Source: Leucoraja erinacea | Lineage: Eukaryota | Direction of reading: 5' to 3' | Length of the DNA: 64,000 nt | NCBI RefSeq assembly: GCF_028641065.1 | Contig: NC_073401.1 | Location: 19,592,001 to 19,656,000, forward strand | Notes under the pieces: generated by a model | Seen by the model: only the letters and a program-made list of their open reading frames with translations | The model's database searches: none | Told to the model about the DNA's origin: nothing | Shown: positions 24,920-39,994 of the stretch, piece after piece | Layout of the letters: each line of letters opens with the position of its first letter | How positions within the stretch are numbered: position 1 is the first letter of the stretch | Position numbers and translations under genes: made by a program

Positions 24920-25335
24920 TATCTCCATTGTCTGAGTGAGGCCAAACGCAAATTGGAGGAACAGCACCTCGTATTTTGCTTGGGTAGCTTATAACCCAGC
25001 AGTATGAATATTGATTTCTCTAACCAAGTAATACCCTTGCATCCCCTTTCTCTCGGTCCCTCCCCCACCCTAGTTGTACTAATTTCAATGTCATCCTGGT
25101 GAGTTTCATTGTCTGCAACTTATTTTCACCGAGCCCACAGCTAAGAATAGCATGTTTCCTTTATCATCATTACTTTTTTGCATATCCTTCATTCATTTGT
25201 TCTATATCTCCCTATATCAGTGTCTATATCTGTAATTACCCTTTCCCCTGACTGTCCGTCTGAAGCCGAAATGTCACCTATTCTTTAAATGCTGTCTGAC
25301 TCACTGAGTTACTCCAGCTTTTTGTGTCTCCTATC
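24920..25335 (+). mobile_element. Penelope-like 3' end (GIY-YIG C-terminus + terminal repeat)
   Basis: LHCLSEAKRKLEEQHLVFCLGSL.PSSMNIDFSN followed by a degenerate terminal repeat. Confidence 0.7.
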
Positions 25336-25505
25336 TTTGCTTACGGACGATGTCTATTAGCAGTTCAGTCTCGGATACAAAATATTGATTAAACTGGCAT
25401 TTGATATTCATGGCTGGCAGTTCTTGGGACGGTGCTTCAGGTGTATTGTCCGGTCAGATGCTGCATAGTTGTATTAATCCATTTTTCTCTGTTCCCTTTT
25501 GAAAG

Positions 25506-25660
25506 CTCATAAGGACTTTGGACATTTCTACGGCTCCAGCTACGTTGCTGCACCTGACGGTAGTCGGACTCCTGGTCTGTCCCGTACCAGGGACGGGTTG
25601 CTTGTTGCTGAGCTGGATCTCAATTTGTGCAGACAGACAAGTGATAAATGGGGCTTCAAG
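25506..25660 (+). CDS. UPB1: beta-ureidopropionase exon
   Basis: aag acceptor, gtaatt donor. 155 nt, (A)[32 protein letters not shown]...KWGFK. Confidence 0.96.
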
Positions 25661-25729
25661 GTAATTAGAAGCGGAGCTACTTCCTGGTGCTCTCTCTTTC
25701 TCTGTGACCCTTTCTGCTCTCCGCAGAGA

Positions 25730-26110
25730 CCCTTTCTGCTCTCCGCTCTCCTCTACAACTCCTCAGTTCACTCATCACTTCCCACCCAAACCACTCCCTC
25801 CCCACATCCTTTCCCATACAACCACGGGAGATGTAACATGTGTCCCTATACCCCCTCCCTCGTATCAATCCAGGGACCCCAGTACCTCTACCAGGTGAGG
25901 CAGTGGTTCCCATGCACCTCCACTAACCTCATCTACTGCATTTGGTGCTCTCGACGTAGCCTCCATTACATCGACGAGACCAAGTATAGACTAGGCGACC
26001 GTTTCATTGAACACTTTCCCTTGGTCCGCCTATGTCCACACAAGCGTAATGACCAGCCCCCTGTTTTCACCCTGGGCACGTTACAACCTTCTGGCCCAGG
26101 TCATCGAACT
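25730..26110 (+). mobile_element. Penelope-like GIY-YIG endonuclease fragment
   Basis: [34 protein letters not shown]. Confidence 0.75.
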
Positions 26111-27096
26111 CTCCACTTTCCGATAATTTACTCTGTTTGTATTGGAATTGCTCATCTTTGCTGTTGTCCACCTGTGATGTAGGCTCAGAATTCCCCCTTC
26201 ATTTGCAAACCCTGACTATTCGGTATAACACATCACACCTGCTTTATCACCTTCTACATCGTCTATTAGCTGCTCGGCTCCACACCAATCCCAGTTCCTA
26301 AGTTATCGCAGGTATTCTTTCCCTGCCACTTCTTTCCCAGTACTCATGGAAACATTCTCTCTCCACAGATGCTGCCTGACCTACTGTGTTTCCTGTATTT
26401 GTTTTGTTATTTTAGATTTCCAACATATGTGGGTCTTTCTCGTGGCCTGCATTATCCACTGCACTCTCTCCACCAGTATTTTTGCTGTCCTTCTCATCGG
26501 CACAATATGCCTCCCAAACCGGGATGTGACCTGTGACACTGTCACATTCAGCTCAAATCAATCTACTCGGTTTGAAATGCCCCAGTCAGTTCCCTTTCTC
26601 TGCCCTCTACTCACGACCCTTCTCCTGCTGCATCCTTACTTTTCCTCTCTTTTGGTACTGAAGCAGTGTTCTTGACCAGGGGTGGGGATGGAGTGAGCCC
26701 AGATTGGGGCGGAGAATTGAGCGAGCCCAGACGTGCAGGGGTAGGGGCGACATTGAGTGGAGGGGACCTGGCCTGCTACAGAAAACGCTTTGTAGGACAG
26801 GCTAGTTTGGTGTAGCCTCTGTCCCAGGGCTTGCTGAAATACCCCCTCCTGAACAAGTCCTGTATTCCCAACCTGCCCAGCACACAGAGACTGGTGCTCA
26901 GAGGTACTTGTGGGAGCTGGAGGTTGTGGGGTATGCACGCTGTTAATTGTCCGGCAGGATGCCACTGCAGCGAGCTGACAAAGAGCTTCATTGGTAGCTT
27001 GAGACAGCCTTGCATTTGGATGAACATGACAAGGGTGGTAATTTCTTGCTGGGGAACTTGTATTCCTAACCCCTTTATTTTAATTTTCATCCTCAG

Positions 27097-27183
27097 ATGA
27101 CTGCGAGGCTGGAGACGTATGCGGACGAGCTTTATCAAGCAGTGCAGTACAACTTCCAGCCCAACATTGTCACTGAGTATTGA
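27097..27183 (+). CDS. UPB1: beta-ureidopropionase terminal exon
   Basis: ctcag acceptor. MTARLETYADELYQAVQYNFQPNIVTEY then TGA. Confidence 0.94.
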   Translation: MTARLETYADELYQAVQYNFQPNIVTEY

Positions 27184-27298
27184 CACAAGCTGGAGGCCTG
27201 GACCAGAGGGGCAGGGTTTAATCAGCTCAGCTTCCTTCCCGTCTTTTGCCCAAGGTCACTCACTATACTTCGGTCACTTTGTCTTGTAGAAAAAAGCT

Positions 27299-27304
27299 AT
27301 TAAA
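27299..27304 (+). terminator. candidate poly(A) signal (ATTAAA) of UPB1
   Basis: ATTAAA ~115 nt downstream of the stop codon. Confidence 0.5.
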
Positions 27305-27925
27305 AAAAGAGCTGCCAACTTGAAAGCACCATTTGGGCTGTTCACTTCATCTCATAGTCAGTCAATCGATCTATCGCCTAAAGTCTGACTCTATCCAACA
27401 ATGGTGGTGTTGTCAGCGAATTTAAAGATGGAGTTGGAACTGTGTCCAGTTACACAGTCAGAGTCATACAGCTGGCCATTTGGCCCAACTTGCCCACACC
27501 AGCCAACATGTCTCAGCTGCACGAGTCCCACCTGCCTGCGTTTGGCCCATATCACTCCAAACCTGTGCAATCCATGTACCTGTCTAACTGTTTCTTAAAC
27601 GTTGAGATAGTCCCTGCCTCAGCTACCTCCTCCATGCACCCACCACTCTTTGTGTGGAAAAAGTTACCCCTCAGATTCCTGTTAAATCTTTTTCCTTTAA
27701 CTTGGGCAAGAGTGTTTTAGTGTCATATGTCCCAGATAGAACAATGAAATTCTTACTTGCAGCAGCACAACAGAATATGTAAACACAGTACACTGATATA
27801 TAATATGTACACACAAAAAAAACCACACAATAATAGTGTAATAATAGTCTAGTTCAGAGCTTGAGTTTGTAGTGTTTAATAGCCCAACATCTGTAGGGAA
27901 GAAGCTGTTGCCGAACCTGGATGTA

Positions 27926-28134
27926 AAGGGCCTGTCCCAGTTGCCTATTTTTTCGGCGAGTGTCGGCATCATTGACTGACGTATCAGGTCACCAAAAAGT
28001 CGTGGCGTGACGACGTATATTGACGCGCGGTGTCTCAAGTGTCGCAACACTTTTGTCGCCACTGGATTTTGAAATGTTCAAAATCTCGCTGGCTGGCAGT
28101 CACCGAAAAAAATCGCCAAGTGGGACAGGCCCTT
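27926..28134. mobile_element. MITE (TIR AAGGGCCTGTCCCA, TA TSD) inserted in a Rex/Babar-like LINE
   Basis: 209 bp with TIRs extending to ~40 bp; host LINE sequence resumes on both sides. Confidence 0.8.
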
Positions 28135-29024
28135 TAGTTTTCAAGCTTCTATACCTTTTTCCCAATGGCAGGGGTGAAATGAGTGCGTGGCCAGCATGGT
28201 GTGGGTTTCTGATGATGCTGGCTGCCTTTTTGAGGCTGTGACTCCGGTAAATCCCTTTGATGGGTCCAGGAAAGATCTTTGGAAATATACATGCCCAAAT
28301 ATTTGAAGCATTTTGACTCTCCACCATAAACAGGATTGTGGGTCCTCATCCTTCATCTTCAAGGGCAGTAATGGCTGGTCATTAAGATCCAAGTGAAGAT
28401 CAGGTGATGCAAGGGGCCAGAGAAATCAGAGGCAGAGTACTTGCATCTCATTTGGGGCAACAAAGAATTGTGATAAAAGATGAGAGATTCCATTTTAAAA
28501 ATTGACTCCATGTTGTTTTGTGAAAGGACATCAATGGGGTCCAGGATCTTGAGGAAGTGTCCAGTATAAACGAGCCCCATTTGTCCTGCTGAAATTGAGA
28601 CCATCAGCATATAAATGATTGAGAAATCCAGCGGGAATATTTATCAAATCACCTTTTAATTCAACCCACGATATTGAAATAAACATAGACATACAAGATG
28701 GAGATGCTGGAATCTTGATCAAAAAAACAGTGCTGGGTGAACTCAGCAGGTTAGTCAGCATCTGTGGAGAGAAATGGACAGGCAACATTTAGGGTCAGGA
28801 ATCTGAAGAAGGGTCGAGACCCAAAATATCATCTGTCCACAGATTTCCTCCACAGATGCTGCCTAACCCACGGAGTTCCTCCAGGAGTGTGTTTTTTTGA
28901 CAGTGAAATAAATGTAATTATAAACAAAAAACTAAATCACAATAATAAAGGAAAATGTTTCTTGGATAAATGGCATCAATGCAGCCATGGAACCAAATCT
29001 GAAAAATTCATCTACAACCATCAT

Positions 29025-29030
29025 TTTAAT
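29025..29030 (-). terminator. candidate poly(A) signal (ATTAAA) of GUCD1
   Basis: TTTAAT on +, followed on - by GT/T-rich sequence. Implies a ~1 kb repeat-poor 3' UTR. Confidence 0.4.
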
Positions 29031-30059
29031 CAAGGTGTATCCTGTGTCTCTTGACAAGGCTAGGTCACGTTAGTGGTTAGACAGGACCTGCCAACAACAG
29101 CACCTGCCAAAACGAGGCAAGGACTGGCAGGTGGGGAATGTGACAGAATCGCAACAGTGGTGGTGAGAATGGCACAGGTTATGTCTTCTCTTTGTGAAGT
29201 GGAAGGAGATATTCTTTACTGAACTGATTTGGACATATGGGAATGCATCTTATCAAGCATTTTATATCTACCAGAAAGGTGTAGGACGTAGGGGCCCCTG
29301 TCCCAGGTGAGACTCACTGCCTCCTCTTCACACCCTGGTAGCCTGGACCGGAGACTGCTCTGGATGGGCAGCCATGTTCAGCAGGGGGCTGTCAATGGCC
29401 ATGGCTCTGCAGTTCTCCATCATGTGTACAGGGTTGACACAGGGGCAGTGTTTTCCTGTTGACTAGTTACTCCGGTGGCTGCGGAGTATGACGCAACAGT
29501 GACAGGGGCGCCAGCCCAACGAGAGGTCACCTGGACAGGACGAGCGCAGCAGCCAGCAACAGATTCTGTCGACCACATCACACCTGGACCCACCAGTCTT
29601 TACCTTCCCCACAACCCCCAAAGCAAGCAGCTGCATTCCAAGCATGCAAAATCAGTGTTTACTAGTTCTCAAGAGATTTCCTTCTCAGAATGAAAGATTA
29701 CAGAGCAAGGAAATAGGTTTGATTCTGGCCTTTCAAACCGACTTAGCTCATTGGTTTGTAAGCAGCATGGCACAGGATCAATGGAACCCGATGCTGAAGC
29801 AGGCGGTGAGACACGGGCGAGATGGGTCGTTACTCTCCTCGGTGCCATGTCCTGGGATTCATTGGCACGTTTTGAATAGAAGAGAAGGAACTTCCAAAAG
29901 AGGGTCATGTAAAGATCCCATTCAATCCATGAGGGGAGCAGTGTTGGGTATTGTGCAGCAGTGGGAATTGGGCACACTTGTGCAATGCAGGCAGGCACCA
30001 CCACGTTCCTACATCCTTGGAATGCTCTTAGAGCGAGGGTCATGTGGGCCGCACTGCAA

Positions 30060-30440
<381 letters not shown>

Positions 30441-30700
30441 TCACCAGATACCATCACTAAAAAAGATAGCATCCTTGTTATATTTAATGTCCAACATCTC
30501 ATTTGGCCAGTGTCCAATTGGATGAATGGATCCCAGGACACGCTCCAGACGGTGAGTTCTCAATGTCCTACACAAGGAGGAACACCGATGCACAATTCCC
30601 TTCAATTTTCCCATCAAACTCCCCCCAAAGCACAGGCTAATCATTTCCACATTTTATTCCCCGTCATCTCGGGCATGACCTTGGAATGACAACGTGGTCA

Positions 30701-31021
<321 letters not shown>

Positions 31022-31118
31022 TTAGGGCAGAGAGAAATCACAACAGAAGGTCCAAACCAACCGTTGAAGCCTAAGACAATCCATGATCACCAGTGGCACA
31101 GCCAGTACATCGCCCAAA

Positions 31119-32215
31119 GATAGACACAAAGTGCTGTAGTAACTCAGTGGATCAGGCCCACCATCTCTGGAGAAAAAGGATGGGTGACATTTTGAGTCGG
31201 AACCCCTTCTTTTGATTATGTATGGGGTGGAGAGGAGGGTGGGGTTAAGACTGGTGGCAAGAAAAAACCAGGACCAATCTGGGCCAGGCACAAATGACCA
31301 AGGAGTTGCTATCACCCACCAAGGGATCCCACCACTCATCACATCTTCCCGTCTCCACCCCTTTCCACCTTCCACAGGGACTGTTCCCTCCACAACTCCT
31401 TGGTTCATTCATCCCTTCCCACCCAAACCGCCACCCCCCCCCAGGTAATTTCCCCAGCAAATGCAAGAGAGGCAACCCATGTTTATACCTCCTCCCTCAA
31501 CTTCATCCAGGGTCCCCAACAGTCCTTTCCGGTTAGACAGCGGTTCACCTGTACCTCGTCTAACCTCATCTACAACATCCGGTGTTCCCAATGTGGGCGC
31601 TTGTACATCAGTGAGCCAAAACGTAAACTCGGCAACCATTTCACAGAACATTTACGTTCGGTCTGCCTAGAGCTATGGGATCTCCCGACTGCTAACCATT
31701 TTAACTCCCCTTCCCATTCCCATACCGATCTTTCTGTCCTGGGCCGCCTCCATGGCCAGAGTGAGATAACACGCAAACTGGAGGAACAGCAACTCATATT
31801 TTGCTTGGGCAGCTTACACCCCAGCAGAACGAACATTAAACTCTATAATTTTAAGTAACTTCTTACTCCCCTCCCCCCTTGCCCCCTTCCTCCACCCTAG
31901 TTGTTTTACCAGTTCCACAGTGCTTCATGTTGTTTGCTGCTTGAGATCACACCTTCCCTAGCAACAGTGACCATACCAGGCACCACCCTGTCAGAGGTCA
32001 TTTGTGGCTGGCCCTGATCGGTCCTGGTCTTTTATCATCTCCAGCTCTTTAAGTACCCCCCCCCCCCCAACCCCTACTTTCAGTCTAAAGAAGGGTCCCA
32101 GCCTGAAAAGTCACCCATCCTTTCTCCCCCGAGATGCCCTGACCCGTTGAGTTGGTCCTGCACTTTCTGTCCATCTTTGGTATAAACCCACATCTGCAGT
32201 TCCTTGTTTCTACAG
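31119..32215 (+). mobile_element. 5'-truncated Penelope-like element with GIY-YIG ORF remnant and inverted terminal repeat
   Basis: ORF 31400-31858 (NLIYNIRCSQCGRLYISEPKRKLGNHFTEH...KLEEQQLIFCLGSL). 31119-31300 is an inverted copy of ~31995-32175. Confidence 0.82.
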
Positions 32216-33034
32216 TACATCACTCAGTTTAGTGGACCAGAATCTATCAGCCCAGGAAAGGCCCTGGTCACCTCTCCCCACAGACTCAGGCTTCCAGTCA
32301 TCATTGACTCTGCTGTGAGAGACGGCACCAGAACAGCTCCAGCAGGCTCCCAATTGATCTGGTGTCTTCTGTGCTCCACATTTAGCTTTCCCCAAAGACC
32401 ACATCCCGCCCAAATAAAACATGTGGTCAATGGGCTAAAGGGCTGTTTATCATAAGAGCAAATGGTGGATGTTCTTACTACAATCAGTGAGAAGCAGAGG
32501 TGCAAGTATGTATTGGCTAGTCATAATGCACCTACCTGATCAGTGCACAAAGTGCTTTCTGTTTATTGCAAGGAATTTCCTTTGATATCCAAAATGATGC
32601 CAGGAAGTTCTTGAAAGATCTTATTTTTTAAGATGGATTTTCTTAATTGTGCAAGAAAATGTAAACACTCAGAGAAGTAAGCACTTGGGACCATTATCAG
32701 TTTAGTTTATTGCCATGTGTACCGAGGTACAGTGAAAAGCTTTTGTTGCATGCTAACCTGTCAGCGGAGAGACAACACACGATTATCATTGGCCCATCCA
32801 CAGTGTATAGATACATGAGAAGGGAATAATGTTAGAGCATGGTAAAGCCAGTGAAGTCCAATTAGCAGTTAGGATGCAGCTAGTGCTGAGAGATTTTGGG
32901 CTGCCAAGCAGAAAGTGCAGCAAACGCAAATTCTTCTCGCAACCTTGGGCCCCTGAGTGGGAGATTTAAACACAGGTCTGGTTTCGACTTCATTTGTCAT
33001 GCAGTCGTCAAACTGCTATTCCGTGCACAACCTA

Positions 33035-33184
<150 letters not shown>

Positions 33185-33815
33185 TCAAAATAACTGCAGA
33201 CGCTGGAAATCTAAAATGAACGCTGGGAACACTCAGTAAATCAGGCTACACCTGCAGGAAACAGCGTTTAAGTTTCAGCTCAAAGTGAGTATCGCCAGTT
33301 TTTGCCCAGACATTGGGTTTCACCCATAAACCGGGTGAATGCAATAACATGCAGCAAAGGTCAGGCAATAGCTTGTACCCAGGTGCAAGGCATGGAATCC
33401 TCTGCCTTATCCCTAAAAGTAGAGGTGCATGAGAATGTTCCTCAATGAAACACCAATGAACTGGACATTATTCAAGCATCCTGGGACCGCAGAGTGCAAG
33501 ATCATTGGAAACTATGGAAAAAGCCGGATCAGGGAAGGACTCAAGCTGTAGTTAGGGAAAGAACTGAAGCTCAGATATACAGGAGCCATCTCTGTGCTCC
33601 CGTGGACTGGGAACAGAAAGAGAGAAGCACACACATTTAGAGTTTCATTAGCACTCGTCTTTCTCAGCATTAAGATAGCTGTGTGATTAAGATCTTATTC
33701 TGGGATGACGTTTATCCTGTAACAATAGGTTTGTTGCCATGGTTAATAAAACAAAAAGATTAAGAATGGAGCAAGCCCAGTCTCTGGGCTGGGCCATGAT
33801 TGTAACTGGTTGTTA

Positions 33816-34238
<423 letters not shown>

Positions 34239-34264
34239 TCACAGAGGAGAGTAAAGGTTACAGC

Positions 34265-34880
34265 TAGGTCATAAGTGATAGGAGTAAAATTAGGCCATTC
34301 GGCCCATCAAGTCTACTCTGCCATTCAATCATGGCTGATCTATCTCTCTCTCCTAAACCCATTCCCCTGCTTTCTCCCCATAACCTCTGATATCTGTACT
34401 AATCAAAAATCTATCTATCTCTGCCTTAAAAATATCTACTGACCTGGCCTCTACAGCCTTCTGTGGCAAAGAATTCCACAGATTCACCACCCTCTGACTG
34501 AAGAAATTTCACCTTCCTAAAATAATGTTCTTTAATTCTGAGACTTATGACCTAGACACTCCCACGAGTGGAAACATCCTCTCCACATCCACTCTATCCA
34601 AGCCTTTCACTGTTCTGTATGTTTCAATATGGTCCCCCCTCATTCTTCTAAACTCCAGCCAGCACAGGCCCAGCGCCGATACGCACTCATCATAGGTTAA
34701 CCTACTCATTCCTGGAATCATTCTTGTAAAACTCCTCTGGACCCTGTCCAGAACCAGCATATCCATCCTCAGATACAGTGCCCAAAATTGTTCACAATAT
34801 TCCAAATGTGGCCTTACCAGCGCCTCAGCATTACAGCTCTGTTTTCGTATACAAGCCCTCTTGAAATAAATGCTAGCATC
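34265..34880 (-). mobile_element. CR1 LINE 3' end
   Basis: ORF 34545-35000 ALVRPHLEYCEQFWA...VQRSFTRMIPG. Confidence 0.85.
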
Positions 34881-37800
34881 GAGTTTCTTTAGGGTCAGTG
34901 AGGGCTGACGTTGAACGAGTCTGTGTGGACCTTTCATATATTTAAGGAAATAAATATGATATGATATAGGAAGAGGCCACACTGATTTGACTGGCCACAC
35001 TGGGGTACTGATTTTGGATGATCAGCCATGATCATAAGGAATGGCGGTGCTGGCTCGACGGGCTGAATGGCCTACTCCTGCACATATTTTCTACGTTTCA
35101 CACAGCCCATCAGGTTTAGCTTCCATTTTCCTTCCCATAATTTATTCTCTCTCACATGCCATCTATTCCCCTCAATTCTCCTGCCACTCATCTACACACT
35201 GGGGGCAACACAGCATCCAGTTAATCATCCTTCCTTGAGATGTGGCAGGGAAACGGAACACCTGGGAAGAACACAAATAGTCACGGAAGAATGTGCAAAC
35301 CCCACATAGACTGTACCCGAGGTCAGGGTTGAACCTAGGGCGCCGGAGCTAGAGGTAGCAGCAAGTCTTTTTGATAGGAACCTGCACAACAGGCTGGCCA
35401 ATAAAATAAAACTCCATGGAACCCAAGATAGGGTGACATATTAGGTTCAAAACTGACGCAGGCAGGGAACAAAGTGGAACAATTAATGGGATTTTGTGAC
35501 CAGGCTCAGCACTTGGCCCATGCTTGTGTATCATTGTTATTTGTAAGAGAATAAAATAAGAGCCTACAAATGAGGTTCAGGAGGTGGTACCCTGCCCTCG
35601 AGCTGCTAGCCCCTTTACTAAAGTCAATCAGATTGCAATGTCAACTCTACAATCCCGTTTACCTGCGAAAGGCTTTCACTTCCCCGTTCATCAAGAAGCC
35701 AACTCTGCTGTCAAATAATGACAGAATCTTTCCAGCAGACCGAGGATGATTTCAACAGTAGACAGATCAGTGTTTGAAGAGCAGTGATCTGTAGGGCCAA
35801 GGCCCTTATGCAGCAGGGTGGGATCTAATTTAGTAGCCAACAATGGCCAAGTGCATCCTGTGCCATACATGCAAGAGGCATTTGATCAGTGAACAGGGAG
35901 CAACAAGCTAAATAGTAGGTGGTCAATGCTCATTTGCATAGTATATATTTTTGCATGTTTGCTGGCATGGCTGTAATAAGCCATACATAACAAATTATAT
36001 TCATCTTTTCTATTCTTTGTATTGTGTAGAGCAGAAAATTAAAAAATATGCATTGCATTCACAAGACTTTATAAATGGATGAAAAAAAAGATTAAACCAC
36101 TACATTAGACAGCTGGGCACATTTTAAACTCTGGCATCATATTCTATGGATTGCGAGAGACGGAGGAGAAGTGTTGACAGCAATAACACAACTGAATTAT
36201 GTAAACAGCTGAACAACAGAGAGCAGTGAAACCCAGCTCCAGACCTGATGCAGGAAGCTTGCGAGTGGATAACTAAACAGGGTAGAAAGACCTCAACTCA
36301 ACCTCAAGCACTGAAAGAGCAGAGAAAGACTTATCCAAAGCAGATAGGACATACTGTTGAAGAGAACTGGTCAGCATGGCCTCCTGTCCAACCCAGCTGA
36401 CAAAACAGTGCAAGGCATCATTAGCAGTGGCAACCTATACACTGCATTGGAGAATTCTACAGCTGGGAAGTGACCACTGGCACTGCGATGCTGGAGGAGC
36501 TGTCAAGTTAACTCCACTCTTTCCTCATAGATCTGCCATTTGTTTCCCCTTAATGTTCATCCACTTTATTGACAGTTATCACTGATTCCACACCCACCAT
36601 TTCATTTGGGCAAGTGTTTCAGATCACAAGCGAGCTGTGTCCTCAGCCCACACTGGCTTCTTTGCAAAGTTATCTCCTCCAGCCATTGGAAGATGATTTA
36701 TTGTTTATTACCAAATGATTTGGTCATCACATCTTAGGAAGGATGTTGAGGTTTTTGAGAGGACTTTGAAAAGATTTACTACAATTGTCCCAGGGAGAAG
36801 GGATTTCAGTTCCAAAGTTAGACTGGGAAGGCTCAGCATGTTCTCCTTGGAGCAAGGAGGGTTGAGAGGAGACTAAAGAGACTGCAGATGCCGGAACCTA
36901 GAACTAAAATGCTGGAAGTACTCAATGGGTCAAGCAGCAGCTGTGGAGGCAAAGGTGCAGGTCAACATTTCGGGTCCATCGGATCCTACTTCAAGGTTGA
37001 GAGAAGTTTTGACTGAGTTGGCAAGATGATGGTGGGCTTCCACTGTAGTAATGGAGCAAAATTGCTCTCGTTTGCAGAGAGATTCAGGAACAATGGAACA
37101 AAGTTGATAGGCAGGGCAGCTGCATAAACATATGATGCAGTGAGTGGTTTTGAACCTGATCGTGCAGCTTGAAAGACTGTGTCCTGTCATGACTTTCAAA
37201 CGGAAAGCGGATGGGCATAAGAGAGAACATCTCCAAGCCCAGGAGAATGAACAGAAAAACACATCCGATAGATTGCTTTAAAATCAGACAGCGCCGGACA
37301 CATCAATCCCATGCCTCTTTCAAGGATGTAACAAACACTCTTCCAGCTGAGAACTTTAAATAAATCATTGGCTTTGATTAACAACCTTCCCACTTTGTCC
37401 TGTCATCTTGCAGGATTTTCACACCGCCCCAACTCTGTTCCTGCATCACACTAGGTCCAGGGCTGAAGAAATGTCATTGACCTGTAATGTTGACTGGCTT
37501 TGCTTCCCACAGATGTTGATCAACTGACTGGGTTCTTCCAGCATTTCTGTTTTTGTTTCTATTCCTGCAACTTATTTTACATTTCACTATTTGATGAACT
37601 GCCTAGTGCATTGTTCCTTCCAGAATAGATCAATACACGTTTATAAGGTGAGAATTTTGAAGTTATGCCTATGTCCAGATTAGGTGTAGGTTATTAACAA
37701 TTTTTTTTAAGATGTGATCATCACATTGCCCTAGCCCCAATCTGAAAAACAACCACATACTATCACTCCCAAATAAAATAATTAATAGCTGGAACCACTC

Positions 37801-38014
37801 ATCAGGTCAGGCCACACTGTCAGAAGAGTAACGGTAGCAACATTCTGACAAAGTGTCTCCAACCTGAAACTTTAACTCTGTTTTTCTTCCCACCAATGTA
37901 GCCTGAATATTTCCAGCATTTTCAGTTTTTATTTTAAATTCACAGTATAGAAAGATTTTTATATTTACATAATTTACATTCCCTTTATGCCTATTTTTTC
38001 TATTTACCCATTCT

Positions 38015-38930
38015 TAGTCAGGAGATAGGGAGAGTAAATTGGGAGCACTTGCCCACATCAGACATGCGGGAGTTATTTAAAGGCCAGCTGATGAGTGTTC
38101 AGGACTGGTATGTTCCAGTAAGGAGGAAGGATAATGATGGCAAGGTGAGGAAACCTTAGATGACCAAAGTAGTTGGAAATTTTGTTAAAAAATAAAAAGG
38201 AAACCTATGCAAGGTTTAAGATGAAATCAGACAAGTCCTTTGAGGAATATAAAGCAAATAGGAAAGTACTCACGAGGGCCATTAGAAGGGCCAAAATGGG
38301 CCGTGAAGTGTCTTTGGCGAGTTGGAATAAAGGCAATCCCAAGGCTTTTTACAGGTACATTAAAAACAAGAGGGTAACCAGAGAAGATAGGACTGCTCAA
38401 GGATGAAGGAGGTTGTTTGTGCTTTGAGTCAGCATGTAGAGGAGGTACTAAACGAACACTTTGCATCTGTATTCACCAAGGAGAAGCATGTGGTGGACAG
38501 TGATATATATCAGTGTAGAAAATACTAATTTGACAGGGCAGTTTGAGATTAAGAAAGTGTTGAGGCTTTTGAAGAGCATTAAGATGGCTAAATCCCCAGG
38601 GCCTGATGGGATCTGTACCAAGTTATTAAGAGAAGCTTAAGAAGCAAATGCCTTGTATCTTCTCTAGCCACAGACGAGGTCCTGGAGGACTGGACAGTAG
38701 CCACTTTGTTCCTTTGTTTAAGAAGGGGAGAGAATCTATAGAATTATAGGTCGATGAACCTCAGGTGAGTGGTAGAGAAGCTATTGGGAAGGATTCTTCA
38801 GGGTAGGATTTACTCGCGTTTGGAAGAGAATGGGCTAAATTAGGGACAGTTAACAAGGCTTTGCACGCAGCAGATCATGTCTTACTCCTTTTTCGAGGAG
38901 TGACGAAGGTGGTTGATGAGGGTAGAGCAA
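38015..38930 (+). mobile_element. degraded CR1 ORF2 (pre-RT/RT start)
   Basis: NPKAFYRYIKNKR; SPGPDG; FEEVTKVVDEGRA-like segments. Confidence 0.75.
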
Positions 38931-39570
38931 TGCTGATGACCTCTTCACATAAAGCGCATAGAATAAACAGAATACAAATGGTAACAATAAATACGAGAGC
39001 AAAGCAGCAGAATGGTACAAGATGGTGCAAAAATCCAATATGCAAAAGAATATTAAAGTGCAACAGCCAACTGAGGGAGAATTGAGAGCAAGAATAATTG
39101 GCAACACCTTTGCGAAATGAGTGTGAAAGAGGTGATTGGTTCAGGAGCCTGATAACAGTGGGGAAGATGTTTTTTAGTTTGGATGTCCGGGTGCCAAGCT
39201 TGATAAAAATGGTGGAAGTGACTAACCTGGCGTCACCCTGACCACACCATGGGTTAGCGAGCAGTCTGCATTGTATTACACTCCACGGATTATGAATCCC
39301 CACAGGTAAACTTCCTGCCCCTGCTCCTTACAAAATACTCTATATTTACCTGCATTAAACATCAGTCTACCCTCTTGCACCCTCCCCTTCTCCCATACCC
39401 CGCCCACCCTCACCCACTCCACTTCCCCCATCACCACTCCATCTCTCCAACCCTCCCACCTATCTACCCTGGTACAGAACCAGTGTGATGACGATGGTAC
39501 GGAAGACTAATACAGAACCAGTGTGAAGACGATGGGCCGATTGGCCTCCTCTAGTCAATGGCTCTACTTA

Positions 39571-39702
<132 letters not shown>

Positions 39703-39994
39703 CTAGGCTGATCCTGAGCTTGCACTGCCAATTCAGGCCAGGAGCTGCACACCATGCATGCAGCCTGAGTCTCAGGCTGCAACAGTCATCTCTACAGACT
39801 GTGGAAGTGCTGCTGTGCTGCAGGACCTGGGCGCTGGTCCAACCTCAGGTCCTGCTCACTGACCCGTGGCCTTTGTATTGCAGCAAGGCCCCAGACGAAC
39901 CTCCGCAACCTTCAGCCTTCTCACCGAGCCCCCAACTTCAGGCCTCACGCACTGACCTCTGGCCCAAACCTCTCAATTCAGCAAACAAGGACAA

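Noticed and set aside
29463-30059. ORFs of 60-143 aa downstream of GUCD1
   Set aside because: Lie in the probable GUCD1 3' UTR and show no recognisable protein motifs.
39473-39535. 25-bp direct repeat tacagaaccagtgtgawgacgatgg near GUCD1 exon 2
   Set aside because: Looks like a local duplication in a LINE tail; the C-box-like word is antisense to the host transcript.
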